From Bacteroidales bacterium (GTDB taxonomy: Bacteria; Bacteroidota; Bacteroidia; Bacteroidales; UBA10428), in contig JAFGTR010000087.1 of NCBI GenBank assembly GCA_016934055.1, positions 17,780 to 81,779 of the forward strand: 64,000 nucleotides of DNA. The letters run 5' to 3'. Under the pieces are notes generated by a model. It worked only from the letters and a program-made list of their open reading frames with translations, was not told where the DNA came from and ran no database searches. The position numbers were made by a program, and so were the translations under genes. Of the stretch, positions 8,331-15,491 are shown one piece after another (position 1 is the first letter of the stretch; each line of letters opens with the position of its first letter).

Positions 8331-8449
8331 AAAGAATTCTGCCTTTTTGAGATTGTCTCGAAAGGTGCTTCAACCCCCATCTTGTCCCGATTATATCGGG
8401 ACGGAATGACTAAGAAGCATCTTTCGGGACGACCTTCATTTCTTTCATT

Positions 8450-8980
8450 TCAGTTCTTTGCTTCTTCAAGCTTTTTTAACTGGTCAAAACCTTCAATATC
8501 AAAAGAGTCTGATAGTTTATCCAATTCATTCAGGTTGATACTGCCCTTAATCTGTACGAGTACATTTTCATCCGAACCACTCACAATGATAAGAAATTCG
8601 GTGATAACATCTCCGTTTTCACGGGCCACTATCTTCACATCCTGATCCTTTTCCTTTACGATAAGCAATTCTTTATAGGCAGTGTGATCCAGATTTGGCC
8701 ATATCTCCGCGTGAAAGTTGAGCTCTGAAGACTGTCCTTCAGCACATTCCTGGGCCAGCACTCTAACTTCGGTTAACCTCGAAAGAAAACTCAGATCCTG
8801 ATTTTCCGGATCACAATTTGATGCCATCTTTAACATATCCCCTGTTACATATACCGAAGTAAAACCTTCTTTACCGGCATACCGGCCGAAAAGCTTACTG
8901 ACAGGATCCTGTTGCGCAATTACAGCTGTGCTATAAACCGTTGTTATAGCAACCATTAAACTTACGATTATTTTTTTCAT
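8450..8980 (-). CDS. DUF4252 domain protein (secreted)
   Basis: The internal start MKKIIVSLMVAITTVYSTAVIAQQ (ATG 8980) gives a signal peptide. It continues LFGRYAGKEGFTSVYVTGDMLKM ... VKIVARENGDVITEFLIIVSG, parallel to 6739..7260. Confidence 0.7.
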   Translation of the reverse strand: MKKIIVSLMVAITTVYSTAVIAQQDPVSKLFGRYAGKEGFTSVYVTGDMLKMASNCDPENQDLSFLSRLTEVRVLAQECAEGQSSELNFHAEIWPNLDHTAYKELLIVKEKDQDVKIVARENGDVITEFLIIVSGSDENVLVQIKGSINLNELDKLSDSFDIEGFDQLKKLEEAKN

Positions 8981-9164
8981 TTTAATAAAATTTAAAGTTG
9001 TGTTTTTTCCGATCTGAATAATCATTTTATCCTTAAGACGACTGTCAGTGAAAATCATTACACGACTCTTATAAAATTCTAAAAAAAATATAAAAAGTTG
9101 AACCCAATTGATTTTTTTGCCTAATTTCAAGGCCTGATTTTTAATAAATTTTAAACCCTATGTT

Positions 9165-9938
9165 ATGAAAAAAGTCGTGTTAATCTTTATGGCATCAGCG
9201 GTATGCCTTCTTGGCGTTAATGCCCAAACCGTTGATGAGATCATCGGTAAATATCATCAGAGCATTGGAGGAGTAGACAAATTAAAATCTCATACTTCCA
9301 CAAAGGCTATTGGAAAAGCTCCGACACCGCAAGGTGATTTTCCATTCGAGTTTTACCAGGAAAAGCCCAATAAAATTAAAGTTGTCATTGACATCATGGG
9401 ACAAAAAATGGTTGCCCAGGCCTATGACGGACAAACTGCATGGATGTTGAATCCCTTTACCGGGGGCATTGCAGAAAAATTGCCCGATGAACAGGCAAAA
9501 TCGGTTGTTAGTGATGCCGAACTTGAAGATCCTTTTCTGGATTATTCTTCCAAAGGTCATGAAGTCACACTTGAAGGCATTGAAGATGTACAGGGCGTTC
9601 CCTGCCACAAGATCAGGCTGATAAAATATAAAGGCAATGCAGACAAGGAGTCTACACAGTTTTTTTATTTTGATAAGGAAACATCAATGCCAATTATGAC
9701 AAAAACCTCGGTAAAAGTCGGGGATCAGGCAGGACAGGAAATAGAAACATATCTTAGTGATTATCAAGAGGTGGAAGGAGGAATGATTATGCCTTTTTCA
9801 TTTGAGGTGAAAATGGCCGGGCAGGTTGTTCAATCTATGGTTTTCGAAAAAATTACAATCAACGAAGATATTCCGGATGAAGAATTCAGATTTCCGGAAG
9901 AAGAACAGAAAGAACAAGAAGAAGCAGAGGCAGAATAA
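9165..9938 (+). CDS. secreted LolA-fold-like protein (outer-membrane lipoprotein-sorting-like), acidic C-terminal tail
   Basis: Signal peptide, then IGKYHQSIGGVDKLKSHTS...AQAYDGQTAWMLNPF, as in LolA-like or DUF4412-like periplasmic proteins. The tail is EEEQKEQEEAEAE. The call is tentative. Confidence 0.45.
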   Translation: MKKVVLIFMASAVCLLGVNAQTVDEIIGKYHQSIGGVDKLKSHTSTKAIGKAPTPQGDFPFEFYQEKPNKIKVVIDIMGQKMVAQAYDGQTAWMLNPFTGGIAEKLPDEQAKSVVSDAELEDPFLDYSSKGHEVTLEGIEDVQGVPCHKIRLIKYKGNADKESTQFFYFDKETSMPIMTKTSVKVGDQAGQEIETYLSDYQEVEGGMIMPFSFEVKMAGQVVQSMVFEKITINEDIPDEEFRFPEEEQKEQEEAEAE

Positions 9939-9999
9939 TGATAAGTATGATATGCGAATGGGGCTGTAACAATAAATAGCAATCCCATTCTCAAACAAA

Positions 10000-10036
10000 G
10001 CCCGAAAACAGACTCATCGTTTTCAGGCTTTTTTTG
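10000..10036 (+). terminator. intrinsic terminator
   Basis: GCCCGAAAAC (10000-10009) pairs with GTTTTCAGGC (10019-10028), then TTTTTTTG. Confidence 0.6.
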
Positions 10037-10080
10037 TTTTGCTGATAAGGTATCCGGATTGTGAAATCTATCTGATTATG

Positions 10081-10488
10081 CTAAAGGAAATACTTTCTCA
10101 TAGCATCCTTGAAATATTCAGGAGCTTTTCGTAATTTTTTGGTTGCATTGTCTACAAAAACCAAAACCGTGTTTCCGGTACAATGTATAACACCATCCTC
10201 ATTCAGAATTTCATAATAAAAATCGAGCTTCACCTCAGGGTAAGTTTTCAGACAAGTCTTCACAGTCAACAGATCATCATAATGGGCAGGGTTACGAAAA
10301 TTAATTGAAATAGACCTTACCGGCAGTATGATACCGTCATCCTCCATCGATTTATAGGTCATCCCCATTGAACGAAGCATCTCCGTGCGGCCCACTTCGA
10401 AATACTCAGCATAATGGCCGTAATACAAATATCCCATGCGGTCTGTTTCGCCATATCTGACCCTGAGTTTTGTTTCAGTGCAATACAT
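10081..10488 (-). CDS. acyl-CoA thioesterase (4HBT/YbgC family)
   Basis: 135 aa. VRYGETDRMGYLYYGHYAEYFEVGRTEMLR is the hot-dog fold thioesterase N-terminal signature. Confidence 0.85.
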   Translation of the reverse strand: MYCTETKLRVRYGETDRMGYLYYGHYAEYFEVGRTEMLRSMGMTYKSMEDDGIILPVRSISINFRNPAHYDDLLTVKTCLKTYPEVKLDFYYEILNEDGVIHCTGNTVLVFVDNATKKLRKAPEYFKDAMRKYFL

Positions 10489-10489
10489 A

Positions 10490-11296
10490 TCAGTTAAGGG
10501 GTGAATCAGGTTCTCTTTTCATTTTCAGATAGGCTGCATATTCAAGAAAACGCGGAGCGATCCTTTTCACCATGGCTGTCAATTTTCCTTCCAGCGTCAG
10601 TATCCTGTAATTACGTCTGTATTTAACAGCCTGGTATATAGCATTGGCAACCTGCTCAGGTGTCATCATTTTCTCTTCTTCCCTTGGCGTAAAACCTTGT
10701 TGAGTGCCATCAGCAAGAAGGGCTTTTTTTCGGATGTCCGATCGGGTGAAGCCGGCACATAGTATCAAAACATGCAATCCGTTTTTCAGGTTCTCTATTC
10801 TTAGTGTTTCAAGAAAACCATGCAAGGCATATTTTGAGGCTGAATATGCTGTTCTTCCGGGAAGTCCGATAAAACCAGCCACTGAAGAAACCCCGACGAC
10901 AGAACCATGGCTTCTGATAAGGTGAGGTAAAGCATATTTAGTACAATAGACAGCTCCCCAGAAGTTAACATCAAACAGTCTTTTCATAACAGCAACATCA
11001 ACATCTTTGAAGAGAGCCCTCATGGATATCCCTGCATTGTTAACCAAAACATTTACACACCCGTATTTCTCAATTGTGGTTTCTATAAGGTTCAGGCAGT
11101 CGTTTTCATTGGTGACATCAGTTTTACATGCAAATGCTTCGTAACCTGCTTCTTTCAATTTATCAGCTTCAGACCGGATGAGATCATAAGAACGGGCTGC
11201 CAACACTACTTTGGATCCCATTTTTGCAAATTTCACAGCCGTGGCCAATCCAATACCTGAAGATGAACCCGTTATAATGACAACTTTATTCTTCAT
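10490..11296 (-). CDS. SDR-family oxidoreductase
   Basis: TGSSSGIG Rossmann motif, NNAG and the YSASKYAL catalytic motif. Separated by 1 nt from the thioesterase gene. Confidence 0.9.
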   Translation of the reverse strand: MKNKVVIITGSSSGIGLATAVKFAKMGSKVVLAARSYDLIRSEADKLKEAGYEAFACKTDVTNENDCLNLIETTIEKYGCVNVLVNNAGISMRALFKDVDVAVMKRLFDVNFWGAVYCTKYALPHLIRSHGSVVGVSSVAGFIGLPGRTAYSASKYALHGFLETLRIENLKNGLHVLILCAGFTRSDIRKKALLADGTQQGFTPREEEKMMTPEQVANAIYQAVKYRRNYRILTLEGKLTAMVKRIAPRFLEYAAYLKMKREPDSPLN

Positions 11297-11446
11297 AGTG
11301 GGAATTTAGAAAATAAGCCTGATAAAAATAATAAAAAGTATGAGTGCAGAAAAATTATATACAGGAATACCTAACTTTAACCGTATTAATTAACTTAAGC
11401 TGCTATATATAAAAATTATACCCAATAAAAGATTTAAGATTTAAGA

Positions 11447-12292
11447 TTACTGGTGATGCGTAAATTTTTAAAATACTTCATATATAATTGATATTAAATA
11501 TATTATAAGCGTTCTTTGATTTTTTGATTTGATTTGACGAAAGTACTCCCGAGGAGCAATTAAGGTCCATACAATGCTTGATTTAAGGGGAAGTATTCCA
11601 ACTTTTATTTTTATCTCTGATGGTAAATACCATGACAGCAATGTGATAGACGAGATCATCCCACTGCCAGGTGCCATTTACCTCTTGGATAAGGCCTATA
11701 TCGATTTTGCCTCTTTATATAAAATGCATAGTACAGGTTCATACTTCATTACACGGGCAAAAGTGACATTGGACTACCAGATTACTGCGAGTAATTTCAA
11801 TAAAGATGAGCAAACTGGGCTTAGAAGCGACAGAACTATCAAATTAAATGGTCCTCAATCAAGGCGTCTTTACCCAGAACCTCTCCGCATGGTTGAATAC
11901 TACGATGATGAGAAAGATATGATCTTTGACTTTCTACCAATAACTTCGAAGTATCTGCATTGGAAATAGCCCATTCGTATCGAAATCGCTGGCAAATAGA
12001 GGTGTTCTTTAAATGGATAAAACAGAATTTGACAATAAAAACACTTTGGGGTCATTCAGAGAATGCTGTAAACATCCATATTTGGGTAGCAATCTCAACA
12101 TATCTCATAGTAGCTTATATCAAAATCAAACTCCAGAGTACATTGTCTATTTATGAAATAATGCAAATCCTTGGCATATCATCATTCGATAAAACACCAA
12201 TTAAAGAGCTGCTTACAGAGTTACAAATCAATCAAAATGTCAAAGAACAATACGATTTATTTGATATTTAAAATTTACGCATCAGTAGTAAT
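11447..12292 (+). mobile_element. decayed IS4-superfamily insertion sequence (internally deleted, both terminal inverted repeats present)
   Basis: IR-L ATTACTGGTGATGCGTAAATTT (11447-11468). IR-R AAATTTACGCATCAGTAGTAAT (12271-12292) matches 20 of 22 as reverse complement. The element is only about 846 bp and holds a truncated, frameshifted DDE transposase. Confidence 0.75.
11538..12271 (+). pseudogene. IS4-family DDE transposase, N-terminally deleted and frameshifted
   Basis: Two listed ORFs (11574..11969 and 11960..12271) join into one protein if 1 nt is restored near 11934-11937: ...DMIFDFL | TNNFEVSALEIAHSYRNRWQIEVFFKWIKQNL. The Y-x2-R-x3-E-x6-K motif is present. The N-terminal ~130-150 aa expected upstream of KVHTMLDLRGSIP are missing. 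Confidence 0.8.
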
Positions 12293-12321
12293 TTAAAATT
12301 GAAGATTGAAGAATAACGATT

Positions 12322-12410
12322 CAATGTCGTTGAGTTAAGACCGAATTATGTCCCTCTCTCGGAGAGGGTGCAGGGAGAGGACAAAAAAAATCCTTAACTT
12401 AACGACATTG
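12322..12410. repeat. long inverted repeat with nested GC hairpin
   Basis: Arms CAATGTCGTTGAGTTAAG (12322-12339) and CTTAACTTAACGACATTG (12393-12410) match 17 of 18. The loop contains CCCTCTC-TCG-GAGAGGG (12352-12368). Confidence 0.65.
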
Positions 12411-12570
12411 ATTAACGATTTAAGAATAATGAAGTCAAAGGCAAAACTAATATAATCAATACTATACAATTCCAGACTTATCCTTCTTAAATCAAAAATC
12501 TACATTCTTAATTCTTAGATCATATTAAGAATTTATTAACTGGCTACTTGAATATATTAATAGATCTCAA
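12393..12570 (+). repeat. about 170 bp AT-rich intergenic repeat, family D copy 1
   Basis: Collinear with 41404-41584 and with the reverse complement of 47303-47457. Shared blocks: ATGAAGTCAAAGGCAAAA, TTCTTAAATCAAAAAT, CATTCTTAATTCTTA and ATTAAGAATTTATTAACTGGCTACTTGAAT. It ends at the rarA start codon. Confidence 0.7.
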
Positions 12571-13863
12571 ATGATAGGCACAAATCAGCCCCTTGCAGAC
12601 AGAATGCGTCCCAAAGATCTTGACGGTTACGTAGGTCAGGAACATCTTGTGGGTGAAAATGCCATTCTCAGGCAAAGCATTGAGTCAGGTTTACTGCCTT
12701 CATTTCTTCTTTGGGGCCCACCGGGAGTCGGAAAAACCACACTGGCCAGAATTATAGCCAACAAACTCAACAGGCCTTTTTATCAGTTAAGTGCTGTAAG
12801 TTCCGGTGTGAAAGATGTTCGTGACACACTTGAAAAAGCCAAAAAACAACAGTTTTTTAATAATCCTTCACCCATACTTTTCATTGATGAAATACACCGT
12901 TTTAATAAAGCACAGCAGGATTCTCTTTTAGGTTCTGTTGAACAGGGTTTGGTAACCCTGGTAGGGGCTACTACAGAGAATCCCTCCTTTGAAGTAATCG
13001 CTCCCCTTCTCTCACGTTGCCAGGTGTATATATTAAAGCCACTGGACAAAGAAACCCTGATTAAAATACTGGAAAACGCCATACAACATGATTCCTATAT
13101 CCGGCAAAGAAAGGTTGAGATTAAGGAATACGAAGCTATCCTCCGTTATTCAGGAGGCGATGCAAGAAAATTGCTCAACATACTGGAACTGGTGGTCGCT
13201 TCTTCTGATGCCGGAACAGATAAAAATCTGGCCATAACCAATGATATGGTTCTGACCTGCATTCAGGAGAAAATGGCCTTTTATGATAAGAGTGGCGAAC
13301 AACATTATGATATCATTTCGGCCTTTATTAAATCACTGAGGGGCAGCGATCCGAACGCGGCTGTTTATTGGCTGGCACGTATGGTTGAAGGCGGTGAAGA
13401 TCCTAAGTTCATCGCCAGGAGAATGACAATACTGGCTGCAGAAGACATAGGACTAGCAAATCCTAATGCCCTGCTTCTTGCAGTTGCATGTTTTAATGCT
13501 GTTAATCTCATTGGCTGGCCTGAGTCACGAATTATCCTTTCAGAAACAGCTGTCTACCTTGCCACATCACCTAAGAGCAATTCTGCCTATCTCGCTATTG
13601 AAGATGCACTTGAGCTAGTAAAAGAAACAGGAGACCTTGCAGTACCTTTAGCACTGCGCAATGCGCCGACAGGATTAATGAAAGAGTTGGGATATGGCAG
13701 GGATTATAAGTACGCCCATAAATACGAAGGAAATTTTGCACAAGAAGAGTTTCTTCCTGAAGATATCCGCCGGAAGATGATTTATAAGCCACAGGAAAAC
13801 CTGCGCGAAAAAGAAATAAGAAATAAACTGCGTAACCTGTGGAATGATAAATATGATTATTAA
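12571..13863 (+). CDS. rarA: replication-associated recombination protein A (AAA+ ATPase)
   Basis: LWGPPGVGKTTLA Walker A, LFIDEIHRFNK Walker B, and the MgsA C-terminal region (HYDIISAFIKSLRGSDPNAAVYWLARM). Confidence 0.9.
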   Translation: MIGTNQPLADRMRPKDLDGYVGQEHLVGENAILRQSIESGLLPSFLLWGPPGVGKTTLARIIANKLNRPFYQLSAVSSGVKDVRDTLEKAKKQQFFNNPSPILFIDEIHRFNKAQQDSLLGSVEQGLVTLVGATTENPSFEVIAPLLSRCQVYILKPLDKETLIKILENAIQHDSYIRQRKVEIKEYEAILRYSGGDARKLLNILELVVASSDAGTDKNLAITNDMVLTCIQEKMAFYDKSGEQHYDIISAFIKSLRGSDPNAAVYWLARMVEGGEDPKFIARRMTILAAEDIGLANPNALLLAVACFNAVNLIGWPESRIILSETAVYLATSPKSNSAYLAIEDALELVKETGDLAVPLALRNAPTGLMKELGYGRDYKYAHKYEGNFAQEEFLPEDIRRKMIYKPQENLREKEIRNKLRNLWNDKYDY

Positions 13864-13910
13864 AGCCATTACCGTGTTTATTTGAAGAAAATGATGATAA
13901 ATGAATTTTT

Positions 13911-14741
13911 ATGAAAACACCTGATTTTATTCCCGGACTTAAGCATACAAATACAGGAAACTTCTTTCTGATTGCCGGACCTTGCGTAATCGAAAGCAAA
14001 GACCTTTGTTTTGAGGTTGCTGAAAAAATTGTGGATATCACTGACAAACTCGGAATACCTTATATTTTTAAGAGCTCTTATAAAAAAGCAAATCGTTCTA
14101 AACTTGATTCCTTCACGGGTATTGGAGACAAATCGGCCCTGGAAATCCTCCGGAATGTGAAAAAACACTTCAATATCCCTGTGTTGACAGACATTCATAC
14201 GGTTGAAGAAGCTTATTTTGCATCGCAATATGCTGATGTTTTGCAAATACCGGCCTTTTTATGCCGTCAAACTGATCTGTTGATTGCTGCTGCAAAAACA
14301 GGTAAGACTGTTAATATAAAAAAAGGACAGTTCTTAGCTCCGGAATCAATGAAATTTGTCATTGAAAAGATAATGGCATCCGGCAATAATAAGATTATTA
14401 TAACTGACCGTGGAACCATGTTTGGATACAATGATCTGATTGTCGATTTTAGAGGACTTGCAGAGATGAAAAAGTTTAAATTCCCTGTTGTGCTTGACGT
14501 TACTCATTCTCTTCAACAACCAAATCAATTATCCGGGATTTCAGGCGGAAAACCCGAACTTATCGAAACTATGGCCAGAGCCGCAATTGCTATAGGTGTG
14601 GATGGTATCTTTATTGAAACTCATCCCGAACCGATGCTGGCAAAATCCGATGCATCCAATATGTTAAAACTTAATCGCCTCGATAATTTGCTGGAAAAAC
14701 TCGTAAAAATAAGAAAAACGATTCTTGATCTGGAAGATTAA
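13911..14741 (+). CDS. kdsA: 3-deoxy-8-phosphooctulonate synthase
   Basis: FFLIAGPCVIES, FKSSYKKANRS and DVTHSLQQP motifs. 276 aa. Confidence 0.92.
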   Translation: MKTPDFIPGLKHTNTGNFFLIAGPCVIESKDLCFEVAEKIVDITDKLGIPYIFKSSYKKANRSKLDSFTGIGDKSALEILRNVKKHFNIPVLTDIHTVEEAYFASQYADVLQIPAFLCRQTDLLIAAAKTGKTVNIKKGQFLAPESMKFVIEKIMASGNNKIIITDRGTMFGYNDLIVDFRGLAEMKKFKFPVVLDVTHSLQQPNQLSGISGGKPELIETMARAAIAIGVDGIFIETHPEPMLAKSDASNMLKLNRLDNLLEKLVKIRKTILDLED

Positions 14742-14886
14742 ATATGCAAATGAATTATATAATTAACTATAAAACAATATTTTAATTGTTCATTTGTATT
14801 AAATAATCATCTGGTGGTTGCACGTATTACTATTTTTGCTAAATTTACACTCTTAACCCTAACGATTGGACCCATATTCGCAGAAG

Positions 14887-14916
14887 GCCTGTTTTTGAAA
14901 CAGGCTTTCTTTATTT
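14887..14916 (+). terminator. intrinsic terminator 145 nt after kdsA
   Basis: GCCTGTTT / AAACAGGC stem followed by TTTCTTTATTT. Confidence 0.6.
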
Positions 14917-14923
14917 GAATAAG

Positions 14924-15050
14924 AACCAGGAACCAAGAACCAAGATTCAAGATCTAAGACTAAAGATCAAAGATTAAAGAAGTATTCCTGAATCACCAAA
15001 CCCGCCTGCCGTCGGGCAGGTCATCAAATCACCAAATCACCAAATAAAAA
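14924..15050 (+). repeat. heptad array plus family B hairpin core plus CACCAAAT octads
   Basis: Eight in-register 7-mers (14924-14979), then AATCACCAAACCCGCCTGCCGTCGGGCAGGTCATCAAATCACCAAATCACCAAAT (14991-15047). The core recurs at 36988-37026 and, reverse-complemented, at 34175-34225. Confidence 0.8.
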
Positions 15051-15489
15051 CAGCAGACCTGTAAGCCGGATTCTGTTACCCGGATAACCGGGCATCCTGT
15101 CATTTATCTTATCGATCTACCCCTCCCGGATATTAATACCGTTACCGGCATTAAAGGCATTGCGAACAACAATGAATAATCAGGCCTTAGGCCAGATTAA
15201 ACCGGGATATACATGATCTTTCAGCCTGCAAGACAGACAGCAGCATGTGTTACCACATGCCCTGGTGGGCTCTTACCCCGCCTTCTCACCATCGCCCGAT
15301 GCAGCCCTGCCTGCCAGAGGGCAGGCCTGACGAAGGCAAGCCTTCGCCGGCATACAGGGGCAGTCGTTCTCTTCTCTGTTACTATGCCCTCACGGACATC
15401 TCCCCTTTCGGAAGTGCAGTGTTCTGTGCTGTCCGGACTTTCCTCCCTGCTCATCAGAAGATGAAACAAGGCGACAGGACGGTCTGCTG
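15051..15489 (-). ncRNA. rnpB: RNase P RNA (bacterial type A)
   Basis: The reverse strand reads CAGCAGACC...GAGGAAAGTCCGGAC...GGGTAAGAGCCCACCAG...GGTAACA...ACAGAATCCGGCTTACAGGTCTGCTG. The P4 halves (GGAAAGTCCGG / ACAGAATCCGGCTTA) are conserved, and P1 closes with CAGCAGACC/GGTCTGCTG. The region is GC-rich and holds only mutually overlapping spurious ORFs. Confidence 0.9.
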
Positions 15490-15491
15490 AT

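Noticed and set aside
13595-14246. - strand ORFs of 150 and 122 aa spanning the rarA/kdsA junction
   Set aside because: They are antisense to two well-supported genes, and their translations have no recognisable features.
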